A stretch of DNA of 64,000 nucleotides from an uncultured Methanosarcinaceae archaeon (GCA_963833425.1 CAWHXP010000008.1:574526-638525), one strand, 5' to 3'; positions 22,470-34,180 are shown, numbered from the stretch's first letter. The notes: generated by a model not told the origin, from the letters alone. Made by a program: numbers and translations.

Positions 22470-23267
22470 TCATAGTATTTCATCCATACTACCGCTTCTA
22501 TATCCTTTCAGGTCGAGAGTAACATAAGAAAAGCCGTATTCTTGCAATAACTCCACGATTCTATGTCTAATGTTTAATGCTTTTTCGAATTCTTCAGGCA
22601 TCAACTCTATTCGCGCAATTTTACCGTGCAACCGTACGCGCAGATTGGAAAATCCTAGATCTTGCAATATATTTTCGGCGTTTTCCACCATTTGCAGCTT
22701 TTCAATCGTTATCTCTTCACCATATGGAATTCTTGACGCTAGACATGAAGATGATGATTTGTTCCAAAAATCAAAACCGCAATCTTGAGCTATCTGTCTT
22801 ATATCAGCTTTATGAATTCCTAGATAAATAAAAGGGTGAATGATTTTCTCCTCATTGCTTGCTTGAAGTCCAGGACGGTATTCATTAAGATCTGAAGCGT
22901 TAATTCCATCAGCTATATTTGAAATAGCCAGCTTTTCAGCTTGGTCTCGTAGAATCCTCGCAGACTGCTTTTTGCAAATGTAGCAGCGATTGGGATTATT
23001 TCTCCTAAATTCTTCATTTTCCATTATGGAAAAAGGCAATATGCTACAAGATAATCCGAATTTATTCGCGATATCCACCGCGTCATTAACTGCTCTTCTT
23101 GAGACTATAGGCGCATCAAAAAGTATACATTTTGCTCTCTCGTGAAGAGCTTTTTGCGCTAATACCGCAAGTAAAGTGCTGTCTATGCCCCCAGAATATG
23201 AAATGAGTAAGCTTTCAAATCCTGATAGCTCTTTGAGCAATGCGTCGCATATATTTTCTTTTTCCAT
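22470..23267 (-). CDS. larE: LarE-family ATP-dependent sulfur transferase (PP-loop)
   Basis: SYSGGIDS PP-loop, RCYICK, DGINASD..YRPG, SSCLASRIPYG, LRVRLHG, DLKGYRSGSM. Confidence 0.88.
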   Translation of the reverse strand: MEKENICDALLKELSGFESLLISYSGGIDSTLLAVLAQKALHERAKCILFDAPIVSRRAVNDAVDIANKFGLSCSILPFSIMENEEFRRNNPNRCYICKKQSARILRDQAEKLAISNIADGINASDLNEYRPGLQASNEEKIIHPFIYLGIHKADIRQIAQDCGFDFWNKSSSSCLASRIPYGEEITIEKLQMVENAENILQDLGFSNLRVRLHGKIARIELMPEEFEKALNIRHRIVELLQEYGFSYVTLDLKGYRSGSMDEIL

Positions 23268-24150
23268 GGATGAATGCCGACTTTTTAATTTTTCAAGATT
23301 TTTTTGCAAATTTCATAATGTTATATTTTTTAGCATCATTCACTATTGTGAATAGACTGAAAAAGATATTATTGGTAAAATACTTTTTGTCCCGAAAATG
23401 AAAGCTTAGGGATCTTCGCATAATTGATGTGATAAAAACAAATGTAATGCTTAAAATGATGCATTACGGAGATTCTAATAAAAAAATATTTGTCTAGAAT
23501 AAGTACATTCTCGGAACGAACAGTTCTCTTGAATATCCAGATAGCATCTCATTGAAAACTCCTTATATCACTTTATCAAAAAGCTGTTTAATCCGAAGAT
23601 CAACTTTTTTTCCAGGGAAGGAGAATTCACAATTTTCTAGTTCTGATGATGAACGGTAAACGAATTTACAAGGAAGATATTGAATCCATTAAACTTTCAG
23701 AAGGTAATGGAATTGTACTTTTTTCCTCGGTATTAGGAAATTGATCGTTGACGAGGAAAATATTTTATATTGACACAACAAAAATGATTTTAGCATGACC
23801 TCAACAATTGATGTGAAAAAGGAGAATAACAGATGAATAGATCCCTTTTTCATGTATCGTTAGAATAAATGGAGGCATTCTTAGTGAAAATTATCTAAAT
23901 GCTAAAATTTAAAGTTACAAAATAGAAAAGATTCATTAGCGTGGATTCCACTAATTATGAGATTATTGTGTAATCGTTGAAAGTGGGATCATTTTGAGTT
24001 AAAGCAACTTTCTTGTGAAGAACTTATTTTACTTTTTCAATTTGGAGGAGATCATAAAGTTCGCAAGTTAAAAAGTTCCATGGCTTCTTCGCGTTAGAAA
24101 TTCCGACGCTTTATATTTCCTCCGAAAAAGGTTGTAATTGAGGATTTTAC

Positions 24151-24630
24151 ATGAGAAACATTAGTTATAAGAAAATAATGATCGCAACCCATGGTTAGAA
24201 TTGCTCCAACCTGGCTATTTACAAAGGAATGGAGCTTGCACGATTGAGTGGAGGGACGGTTTATGCAGTCCATGTGATATCAACAGCTTACTTATCTCCA
24301 ATAAGTGGAAATTATTTTATGGGCATGAATCCTTATTGGGAATCAATACACTAAGAGTTGAATCTTCAAGGGAAGCAGGCTGTAGATCATATAAAAGGCT
24401 TGGGAGAGGAAAAAGGAATTAATGTAGAATCTATTCTTCTTGAGGGCAATCCCTCAGAAGAATTGATCCGGTATGCCGATGAGGAAAAAAAATGGATATC
24501 GTTATTATGGGCAGTCTCGGAAAGACAAGATTCGACAGGTTATTTCTGGACAGCGTTGCAGGAAATTTAGTCCGACACTCAAAAGTTCCTGTTATGGTTG
24601 TAAGGAAAAAGAATGAGCTACGAGATTGAT
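24151..24630 (+). pseudogene. Universal stress protein
   Basis: YKKIMIATHG*...LEGNPSEELIRYA / DIVIMGSLGKTRFDRLFLDSVAGNLVRHSKVPVMVV; TAG at 24196, a later TAA and an A8 frameshift. Confidence 0.85.
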
Positions 24631-24903
24631 CTAAAATGGACTAAAGAGGATTCCTATCAATTTCCGATTTTCGCAAGCTATTTATGCATAATTTATTAGC
24701 ATGTGACTATATTTTGTTGTTTCTAGAAATCCTCTTTTATCATATCTATGAAGAAAATTACAATTTTTAATTAGTTTATTCGTGCTATTTTTATTATTTT
24801 TTAATCATATAAGGACATCTACCTCCAAATTATATCCTTTAGAGGATATTTTTTGCCTATTTTAGGGAATCTTTATAAAATCCAGATATTAATAATTGAC
24901 TAT

Positions 24904-25731
24904 ATGACACAACAATCTGCGACACAGCAATTCACTCTTACCATTATTTCTGGAAAAAACAGGTTTAGAGAGCAGGAAGGATTTGACCGTATAGAGATCA
25001 GACCTGGGGACACCTTGTCAATTGTTGGTCCTACCGGCTCAGGAAAATCAGCTTTCATTAATGATATTGAAACCCTTGCACAGGGAGATACAGTTACAGG
25101 CAGAACGATTCTCATCAATGGAGAAGTTCCCCCAGAGTCTTTTGTACGGGAACCGGCCTTCAAACCGATTGCCATGATAACCCAAAACACACGTTGTTTG
25201 GCAGATCTCACAGTCGAAGCATTCATATTAATGCATATAAGAGCACGACGGCCTGGTAAGGAGGATTTGCTTGGTGAGACAATTAATCTTGCAAATACAT
25301 TCACTGGAGAAAAAATAAGTCTTAAGAGTCGAATGAGTGCTTTATCTGGAGGTCAAACGAGGTCTATTATGATCGCAGATGCACTTATAGTCGGCGATAC
25401 TCCAATACTTCTTCTCGATGAGATCGAAAACGCAGGTATCTTCAAAAATCGTGTAATGCAGGCTATTCAGGGAGGAAATAAAGCTGTTGTTCTTGTAACA
25501 CACGATCCGTATCTCGCTCTCACAGCCGATAAGCGCATAGTGATGAGAAATGGAGGAGTTTACTCTGTGATCGAACCTACGGGCCAGGAGCAATACATTA
25601 TTGAAGATCTTGCATTAATTGAAACCAAGCTAAATCAAATAAGAGAGAAAATTAGACTTGGAACTGCTCTCTCTTCCTGTTCTTCGGAAGGTTTAATGAT
25701 AGCAGTTGGCCAAGGTGTGGCTTCTAAATGA
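24904..25731 (+). CDS. Stand-alone ABC-type ATPase
   Basis: Walker A GPTGSGKS, signature LSGGQ, Walker B LLLDE, H-loop VTHD; no permease adjacent. Confidence 0.88.
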   Translation: MTQQSATQQFTLTIISGKNRFREQEGFDRIEIRPGDTLSIVGPTGSGKSAFINDIETLAQGDTVTGRTILINGEVPPESFVREPAFKPIAMITQNTRCLADLTVEAFILMHIRARRPGKEDLLGETINLANTFTGEKISLKSRMSALSGGQTRSIMIADALIVGDTPILLLDEIENAGIFKNRVMQAIQGGNKAVVLVTHDPYLALTADKRIVMRNGGVYSVIEPTGQEQYIIEDLALIETKLNQIREKIRLGTALSSCSSEGLMIAVGQGVASK

Positions 25732-26432
25732 AGCTTCTTATAATTGCAGGTCCTCCAAGTGGAGGAAAAACTGCTGTGATTCGCCAGATTATAAGAAATC
25801 TTCCTGAAGATGCACTTCCCTCCTTTCTGAAAATTGATGTTGTACACGCAACTGAAGATCAGGAACTTGCAGAAGAATTTTGTATTCCTGTTAAGAAAAT
25901 ATATTCCGGAGATGTTTGTCCTGATCACATGGGAATTCTGGTCCTTGATGATGCAGTGAACTGGGCTAAAAGCCTATCCCGAAATATTCTTATAATCGAA
26001 AGTGCAGGCCTCTGTTTGAGATGTACTCCTTATACAACGCAATCTCTTGGAATTGCAGTTATCAGCGCGATATCAGGAACAAATTCACCACTCAAAATGG
26101 CACCTTTGATTGCTCTTGCAGATGTCGCAGTTGTTACCAAAACCGATCTCGTGTCACAAGCAGAAAAAGAAGTTTTTAGGGAAAGTATCAAAAAAGTTGT
26201 CTCAGATATTGATATTATAGAGACAAATGCAATTCAGGGAACTGGGTTAAGATATCTGATGAGACGGATTGCCGACCAGTCGGATATGGGGTCAGAACCT
26301 GTAGTGCTCAGAGGCTCCCCGCCACTAGGAGTATGTACTATATGTATAGGCAAAAAAGAGATAGGATGGAAAAATCACTTTGGAGTCATCAGGCCACTGG
26401 ATATGCCAGATCCTATGTACAGAGGTGACTGA
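25728..26432 (+). CDS. HypB/UreG-like (G3E) metallochaperone GTPase
   Basis: GPPSGGKT, VCPDH, ESAGLCLRC, TKTD and C-terminal CTIC; ATGA overlap with the upstream gene. Confidence 0.85.
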   Translation: MKLLIIAGPPSGGKTAVIRQIIRNLPEDALPSFLKIDVVHATEDQELAEEFCIPVKKIYSGDVCPDHMGILVLDDAVNWAKSLSRNILIIESAGLCLRCTPYTTQSLGIAVISAISGTNSPLKMAPLIALADVAVVTKTDLVSQAEKEVFRESIKKVVSDIDIIETNAIQGTGLRYLMRRIADQSDMGSEPVVLRGSPPLGVCTICIGKKEIGWKNHFGVIRPLDMPDPMYRGD

Positions 26433-27091
26433 TGGTTAATACATGGAGTCCACCTGGGAAAAATTGTGGGGCTTGTGGATCTCATACGTGTAATGATTTC
26501 ATTGATCGTCTTGGAGAAGGATCAGCAGAGTTAGACTTATGTCCATTCTACAGTAGTGAGAATATCATAGGTCAGGATACTACCTTTACCCTGGGGAATT
26601 CCGAAATTCAGGTCAGAAATGCCACTTATTCTGGTATAGATGTTACTGGAAGAGAATATGACTTCGTACTTCTCCCGTTCCCGGGTGAGCCATCAGCACG
26701 CAAGTTTATAGTACCTTTTAGGGCAGATCTTGTCGAATTGTGGGGAATTAAAAAAGGAGACCTAGTAATTGGCCGTCCTGCAGGACCAGGCTGTCCTCTT
26801 TATCATGCTTTAAAGGTCTTGAGTGCAAACCCTGTAACAGGAGTACTTGAGTGTCATACTGTAGGCCCTCTAGCTGCACGAAAAGAAGATTCTCATGATG
26901 TCCAAGCATATCATGTCCATGCTTTCGAAGGAGTTGTCAGTATTATAAAAAAACCACCTGTCCTTGGAACCCGTCAGTATTTCCTGCCTGGTAGCTGTAT
27001 GATGGATCTCGCACATACAGCTCTTGTAAACATGATTTTCCATAAGCCCTTTGGAACTCATGTCCGGCTTGAAGATATAAGGATATTATGA
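26432..27091 (+). CDS. Fe-S cluster-binding protein
   Basis: N-terminal PGKNCGACGSHTC...LCPF (CxxCxxxxC..C, RnfB/CdhE-type FeS domain); TGATG overlap. Confidence 0.8.
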   Translation: MVNTWSPPGKNCGACGSHTCNDFIDRLGEGSAELDLCPFYSSENIIGQDTTFTLGNSEIQVRNATYSGIDVTGREYDFVLLPFPGEPSARKFIVPFRADLVELWGIKKGDLVIGRPAGPGCPLYHALKVLSANPVTGVLECHTVGPLAARKEDSHDVQAYHVHAFEGVVSIIKKPPVLGTRQYFLPGSCMMDLAHTALVNMIFHKPFGTHVRLEDIRIL

Positions 27092-27115
27092 GAATATTGA
27101 ATAGATCGGGGTACT

Positions 27116-28360
27116 ATGAAGACTATTGACGAAATAAATGAGAAAATCGCCCGTGAAGAAGCAATTATTCTTACAGCGGCCGAGCTTAAATCCATTGTAC
27201 GTGACGGTCAAAAGATAACTGCTAGAGATGTGGATGTAATTACTACAGGAACATTTGGCGTGATGTCCGGTACCATGGCAGTTATGATGGTACCTGTTGC
27301 GGAAAAATGTAGTTTTGAAAAAGCGGATTCAATTTGGCTAAATGGTGTGCCGGCTCAGCCTGGCCCCTGTCCAAACGAACGTCTTGGAGTTGTGGACCTT
27401 GTCATTAACGGGACATCACATGCAGATGACCGATATGGCGGAGGACATCTTTTTAGAGATCTTGTAAAAGGAAAAGAGATCGACATTTTTGTTGAAGCTC
27501 ATGGCAGAACTTACGAAAATAGAGTTACTCTTGATGATATCGAGTTTGCCAGGATCATTACCACAAGACTTGCATTTAAGAATTACCATGCGTTGATAAA
27601 TCCCACTGCAACTACGATGAGTACTATATTCTCTGTGACAGGTCTAACAGGTCCTTTTACAGAAGCATCCGTATCGGGATGTGGCGAAATAAACCCTTTA
27701 CAGAATGATCCATACCATAGAATAATTGGGATAGGTACACGAGTCCTCTTAAATGGCGCTTCAGGTTATATTATGGGAAGAGGAACCAGGTCCAGCCCAG
27801 ATAAACCGAATGTCTCTGCCTTTGCAGACATGAAGGCCATGGACCCTAGCATGATGGGCGGAATGAAAACTTCCCATGGTCCTGAGTGTCTAACCTCACT
27901 TGCAGTTCCAATACCTGTTTTGGATGAAGAGATTCTCTTGGGATTAAAAGTTCTTGATCGTGATATTCCATTGCCTGTTTCAGACATAAACGGGCGTACT
28001 GCTCACACAAAAGTAAACTACGGACATATCTGGGAAGGCACCGATAAAGTTATCCGGGTCGACAAGGACAGGTGTCTCAACCATCCCGATTGTCCTGCAA
28101 TGCGCACGTGTCCTACGGAAGCAATTTCAGACCGTTTCGTAATTAACAGGCATCTATGTATCAACTGCGGTACTTGTACCCTACAATGTCCTGGAGGGGT
28201 ATTCCGTGCAAGACTTGGATCCATAGATTTGGCTGAAGGATCTGTCCCTATTTCGCTAAGACAATCAGATAGAGCCAGGGCGGAAAAGCTCTGTATGGTG
28301 CTTAAAAATCGTATTCAAAATCATAAATTCATACCAACGAAGATGATGGAACCGCTGTAA
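27116..28360 (+). CDS. Methanogenesis marker 16 metalloprotein (DUF39 homocysteine-biosynthesis family plus ferredoxin domain)
   Basis: KTIDEINEKI, DVDVITTGTFGVMSGT, GPCPNERLG, SGCGEINPLQNDP, C-terminal CINCGTCTLQCP. Confidence 0.85.
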   Translation: MKTIDEINEKIAREEAIILTAAELKSIVRDGQKITARDVDVITTGTFGVMSGTMAVMMVPVAEKCSFEKADSIWLNGVPAQPGPCPNERLGVVDLVINGTSHADDRYGGGHLFRDLVKGKEIDIFVEAHGRTYENRVTLDDIEFARIITTRLAFKNYHALINPTATTMSTIFSVTGLTGPFTEASVSGCGEINPLQNDPYHRIIGIGTRVLLNGASGYIMGRGTRSSPDKPNVSAFADMKAMDPSMMGGMKTSHGPECLTSLAVPIPVLDEEILLGLKVLDRDIPLPVSDINGRTAHTKVNYGHIWEGTDKVIRVDKDRCLNHPDCPAMRTCPTEAISDRFVINRHLCINCGTCTLQCPGGVFRARLGSIDLAEGSVPISLRQSDRARAEKLCMVLKNRIQNHKFIPTKMMEPL

Positions 28361-28671
28361 CAGAGTCCAAATTTGTGAACATACTTGAGATCGCAGTACT
28401 AGTGGCAGGTCAGCAATATAAAGTTGTAGAATGAAAGTTCTGTAAAAATTCAATTATCTCACATCCTTTTTTACTAGTGGCTGTAAGGTACTAAAGATAG
28501 TAAGCATAAGAATATCTTTGCATTTTTTCAAATTATTCGGTAAAACTTATTTTTTCATAATTAATCAAGGACCCTAGGATACGATCAAGTTATTGAATTG
28601 GATCATTTCTTATGATTGAGAATAATATCCCGATAGACAATTAAAATATTTACAGCACATATGTTGGCTTC

Positions 28672-28917
28672 ATGAGCAGGCAGTCTGTAACCACAATAAA
28701 TGCAGAGAATTCAGCGAGGTTTTGTCAGAATTGCTAGTCAGGTTGGAAGATATGAAGTTTTACCGGATTGCTGACAGATTGATGAGTATTCTCATAAACT
28801 GCAAGCCAAAAGAAGCTTCTCACTGCGAAAAGGCAAATATTGTTGAATCGATGATGAAAGAGGTAGAAAAGTATATACAAAAAAAATAGTGAATTAAAAA
28901 AAGAAGATGCTGAGTAG
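28672..28917 (+). pseudogene. Small hypothetical protein, probable frameshift near 28705
   Basis: MSRQSVTTINA joined with a shift to EFSEVLSELLVRLEDMKFYRIADRLMSILINCKPKEASHCEKANIV...*. Confidence 0.4.
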
Positions 28918-29438
28918 ATTACAGTATATTTCCTAAAGTTTAAATTCTCCAAACTTTGACAGATTCTACTACATTTGTAAAATTCTCCTATTTTGCTATA
29001 AGCTTTTAGTCTTTACACTGCGAAGATGAAAAATAGAGATTTTCGCTTTGCGTTTTTAAATCTGATTATTTCAAGCGATATAAGTATACCTGTGTAGCTT
29101 GTTAGTCCCTGTATTTGCGAATAAGGTATGATAGAAAAGCAGGCAAAATTGAAAGCATTATCCAGGGTTTTTTTTTCTACGATGCTTATCTTTGAATAGT
29201 TTTTGCTCTTTAAAATAGAAAAAATATAATATCTTAAAAATCACGTTAACAATTTGAGTCATAAATAATAGTAACAAATAAGTAAGCATAAATACAAATG
29301 TGTTGAACACTCAAAAAGGATGATTCAAATTTTCGAATCCTAAAGACTTCAAACATAGGCTCCGAGTATCTAAAGGTTCAAAGAGAAGCCGAAATGAAAT
29401 ATAAGGTATAATATAAAAATAAGTTTTGTGGTGAATTG

Positions 29439-29729
29439 ATGTCGTCTTCGAGCTCTGAATGTTACATAGAAAAAACCGAAAGTAAAAAAAGTCCTCTTGT
29501 TGCTGCGTTTTTATCTTGCATAGTTCCAGGACTCGGTCAGATATACGCAGGTGATCTCTTCCGAGGAATTGCAATACTTGCAGGGTTGGGGTTTAGTTTA
29601 TGTTTGATGGCTCTTATCATAGGATTGTTTACATTTTTTGGTATATGGATATTTGCAGTAGCAGATGCATATAACATGGTAAAAAAGCAAAATGATAACC
29701 GCGGGTCGTGTCCTTATTATATGAATTAA
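29439..29729 (+). CDS. TM2-domain small membrane protein
   Basis: KKSPLVAAFLSCIVPGLGQIYAG...WIFAVADAY. Confidence 0.8.
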   Translation: MSSSSSECYIEKTESKKSPLVAAFLSCIVPGLGQIYAGDLFRGIAILAGLGFSLCLMALIIGLFTFFGIWIFAVADAYNMVKKQNDNRGSCPYYMN

Positions 29730-30709
29730 TCGGGCTTTCTTGACCACTTTTGAGTACGTTTCAAAGTGAAAACTTAGTGCTTATTTTATAGTTATATGTC
29801 GAGACAAAGCATGTCAGCTACTTGCAACACTCTACACAACCCATTTTTTTATGGCGAAATGTGCCTCAAACATCCACGTGATCTTAAAGAATATTTTTTC
29901 TTGGTGAACGAAAGATAATTTAAAAACGATGTAGGAAATATAATTGAATCAAGATTAAACAGTCTCATAAAAGCTGTCTCAAAACTAAATTTGATTCCAC
30001 AATTGGGATAAAATACTATCCTATAAGGTTAATGTTTACCTGAATTTCTGAAGAAAAGAAACTTGCAGAGTAATTTAGAATTATTCAAAATAAATGGGCA
30101 TTAAGAGAGTAGCTAAATTACTAATTTCTCAAAATATCGACTAATTTAATAATGAGTGTCTAAAATAGAGAAATGTAAATATACTATCTTTAATACTACT
30201 TTTCGCAAGTGTGCACAGGCACCACCTCTTTTTTATCGGCATAAGATCATCTTAGAAATAAATACGATCTTCTTCGGACAACACGCTCTTATGAACGAAA
30301 ATATGCTCCAAAAAACTCTTTTTGAACATTGGTTATATCATTATTTTTGGTAAGAAATTTGTTATAATTTTGGTTTTTAAAATTGTCGAAAAAGGGTCCG
30401 TAAATTGCTATCTTAAACCTCAAAATTACTTTGATCACGAATGTTAAATTAGCATTTTAGATAATTTCATAGCCAATGAATTGGCTATTCAAATTGGCAA
30501 AAATAGCTAACGAGTCTTGTGGTTTAGACTTTCAGAAAAGTTTCTTTATTGCTACTTTCCTCGGTATATCTGGTGAAAAATAGTTGTAACATTTCGCTAG
30601 AGATGATGACTCACGCGGATTGTAGTGTGAATGCAAATTTCACTAAATCTGTAGGAATTCTTGGTTACTGAGGATTATGAATTAAATTCGAAAAATGGTT
30701 TTATCCATA

Positions 30710-32021
30710 TCAGAGCTTAAGGACCTTTGCGGCTTTTAAAGCACTGAAAACCATAGTTTCAATATCCATCTTTTTTTCTTCAAGCGCAATTAGATCGTAA
30801 TTTGCCCCTATTTCGGGATGTTCCGGGACGGCAGTACATGTACCTACTGATCTACTGGAAATATCATAAGTCCCAATTTTGCGGGCCATATCCATAATCT
30901 CTGTTTTGTCAAAGGCGATCAAAGGGTGATAGACTGGAACCGCAAGTTGATAAACCTCAGCATACATGTTGGCAGCAGTTTGAGATGCTACCTGTCCGAG
31001 GGAAGAGCCGGTGATAATTCCACTTGCTTTTTCCTTTTTCATGATCTCGTAGGCTTCTCTGTACATCATGCGTTTACAGAGAAGACATGTATTCTTCCTA
31101 TTGCATTTTGCGATAAAGGATTGCAGATTAGGACCATGAGGAATCTCATAAGTTGTAAACTGATGCCCTGGAGCCCACTTATGGAGCTGGCGGATGCAAT
31201 CAAAAACACGCTCATTTGCCTCTTTTTGGGCATAAGGAGCATTGTTACAATAGACAAGAATAATCATAACTCCACGTTTCATCATGAGCCAGGCTGCAAC
31301 CGGTGAATCAAGCCCTCCTGACATTAGAACTACCATGCTGCCCTGTGTGCCAAGTGTGAGTCCTCCGATCCCTTTAAATGTTTTCAGATAAACATACGCT
31401 AAATTTTGCCGCATTTCGACGAAGATCTCCTTATCAGGAGAAGTTAGGTTAACTCTAGGTTTTTTTTCCTAATTTTTCCATGAAATTCCAGACCGCATCT
31501 CCACAGGCTTTAGCAATATCTACTGAGGAAAAAGGATGGTTCCCACTTTTCCTCGCTCTGATTGCAAAAAACTCACCATCATGAATAAAATCTTGACCAA
31601 GAGCTGCACATACACTAGCTGCATCTTCAAGGCTGGCTCCTGTTGTCAACGCAGCGGAAGTTGAGACAACCCCAAAAACATCGGCTACTGTTTCAGCAGC
31701 TTGAGAATTCGTGGTCTCAATGAATATCCTGCCCCATTCCCGACGAATTCGAGAATAGGAAATTTCTCTCGAATCCAACATTGCCGCAATATTTTTTAGA
31801 AGGATTTTCTCATACCAGTTCCTAATTCCAGGACTTTTAAGAGCAAGTTCTCCATAACGGACTATAACCACATCTGTCGGAACTTCAGTCTCTGAACGAT
31901 AGGAGCCAGAAAAATGCCTAGACATATTTTCATCATATTTTTTTTGCATTCGTCCGCTTTTTTCCTGAATATGAACATCAGGTTCAATTTTTGTTTCAGC
32001 ATCATTGGATTTGTTTGTCAT
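30710..32021 (-). pseudogene. thiI: tRNA 4-thiouridine synthase, split by a +1 frameshift in an A8 run (31460-31467)
   Basis: VRYGELALKS and THUMP region; SGGLDS PP-loop, CLLCKR, SLGQVASQT. Removing one A restores GKKPRVNLTSPDKEIFVEMRQ. Confidence 0.88.
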
Positions 32022-32109
32022 GGATAATTAATAGTAAAGGTGGCATGAGGTTTAAAAGCTTTCAGGTAAATGAGTTTTTGTCCCGTGGACTTCTCTGCTC
32101 TATCGGTTT

Positions 32110-33200
32110 GATCCCCTCAGAATAGGGTTTTTACTTCAAGTAATTCCTCCTTCTCTTCCAATTTGAGATCCATTGGAAGATCTGAATTTTCAGGATTAGC
32201 TACAAATTTTTGATAGCTCGTCCATAAGGTATTTTGTCATAGGAAATATAACATAATATTGAAAGAACTATTTCGATCCATATCAATATTATTCCTGCAA
32301 CCACAAATCATAAAATGCTTCCAGGGAGGCATATCGTAGAGTTTACCACAATGACAATATTTCTTATTTGTATATTTTTTTGTCAAGTCTTATTACATAT
32401 TGCTAACAGTTTTACTTTATAGGTCAAGAATTCAATAAATCTTCCTAAGTTTTCTAGACCATGAGTTGAATGATTTTGACTTTTCTTTGTTTAGCCTCGT
32501 TTCCCCTTCTACCATCTTTTACTTAGGTTGAGCCATATGTTGTGCACTAAGGCCATTCAATAGTGCTAGCTTTAGTATTTTTTAACCATAGTTTTTGGAA
32601 ATTTGTGTTGGAAATCTTTGACTCGATTTGCTTTCTTTCTACTCACTTCTGCAACTGCTTTAGCTATTCTTGTACCTCTTACTGTTATAGAACTTTTTTT
32701 AAACATCAGTATAATGATCTCTTCTTAATTCAGCTGTATCAATCCTAGGACTCCAATAATTATCAGATCTAGGTGATTTTACTCCAAAAAATTTACCATC
32801 GGTATATGAAGTAACCATCTTTGTGATACCTAAATCAATAGATGATACATCACGCTTTGTGATACCTAAATCAATAGATGATGCATTAAGTTTTCAAAAT
32901 AAGAATCTTCAATATCCAAATCATAAGCAACGCAAATGATAAATTTACCTCTTGTTTTGTAAGGATTATAATTTACAATTTCAATGTTTGATTCCCAAAC
33001 CATTAGTTAAACTACCTTTATCAAAGGATAGAGAAACAACATTCACCTTATGTTAGAATGTAATTATATTATTTTCGACTTTGAAGCCGCTTTGATTGTG
33101 GGATAACGTCATAAGATGGTTCCTATCTTTGAAGTAGTACTAGCGCTTCCAATTTCCATTTTTAGGGTGGCTAAAAAGAATGATTAGCCACTTGAAAAAG
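32110..33200 (-). mobile_element. tnpB: Degraded IS200/IS605 TnpB remnant
   Basis: SIDLGITK (RuvC-I) and CCHCGKLYDMP...ICGC...DMDRNSSFNIM (Zn finger plus RuvC-III); numerous stops; 36-bp-period duplication at 32819-32886. Confidence 0.7.
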
Positions 33201-33552
33201 TAGAATAAGGATAAATAGAACCGTAAAGATATTTCTATTTTTAAAAATTCTTTGCGAGTAATGTATGCATGGTAACAATCTTATACTAGCTATCTAAAAA
33301 ATAATTATCTTTCAAAGTGTTGATGTTTCTCCAACTTATGATACGTCTTGGTTAAATGCTGGTAGTCAAGATCAGCAATGGATGAGTAAAAAGTTAACAA
33401 ATTTTCTGGTTCTTATGACTCTACCAGGTGATTTGATGTCATGAATCAGAGTTGCTTCAATACTCCGAAGCCTATTAGTGATTATTTACCTTGAAAGAAT
33501 AATATTTTATTATTTAACTAATTAATAGTATTAGAAAAAGGGATCGAAATAC

Positions 33553-34180
33553 ATGATCAGTAAACAAAAGTTATATTCGATATCCGTAGCTTCAATATCT
33601 ATTATTTTAATGTTGGTAAGTATTGCAAGTGCAGAGTCATTTGCAAATACCAAAAACCACTATAGCAATAATACCGCAGTAATTGACACAGCAATTAACA
33701 CTACTACAGCAACAATGAATATAGGAAATACACCTTTTGGAGTTGCGGTCACGCCTGATGGAACTAAAGTATAATATAACGACCGCATTCTCCAACAATG
33801 TCTCCGTGGTTGACACAGCAACTAACACTGTTACAGCCACTGTGCCAGTAGGATCCAGTTCTTTTGGAGTTGCAGTCAGCCCGGATGGAACAAAAGTATA
33901 TGTAACGAACTCGGCAAGCAACAATATTTCTATAATTTACACTGCAACTAAAACTGTTACAGCTACGGTACTTGTTGGATCTTATCCTTACGGAGTTGTG
34001 ACCACCCCTGACGGAAAAATGTTATATGTTGCTGACATCATGAGTAATAATGTCTATGTAATTGACACAGCTAAGAACACTGTTATAGCCACAGTGCCTT
34101 TAGGTTATAGTTCTTATGACATCAGACAGTATATTGAAAAAGCAGCTCCTATACTTACTAAATTAGTCCAGGTAACATAA
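33553..34180 (+). pseudogene. Secreted YVTN beta-propeller repeat protein, frameshifted at ~33773 and truncated
   Basis: Signal peptide, then VSVVDTATNTVTATVPVG...GVAVSPDGTKVYVTNS repeats split over two ORFs. Confidence 0.85.

Noticed and set aside
24196..24198. In-frame TAG in the USP gene as a pyrrolysine codon
   Set aside because: It replaces the conserved Ser of ATDGS, and the gene also has a TAA and a frameshift, so it is simple decay.
31455..31457. TAG ending the thiI N-terminal ORF as amber readthrough
   Set aside because: The downstream half is in another frame and a TAA follows two codons later; the TAG is a by-product of the frameshift.
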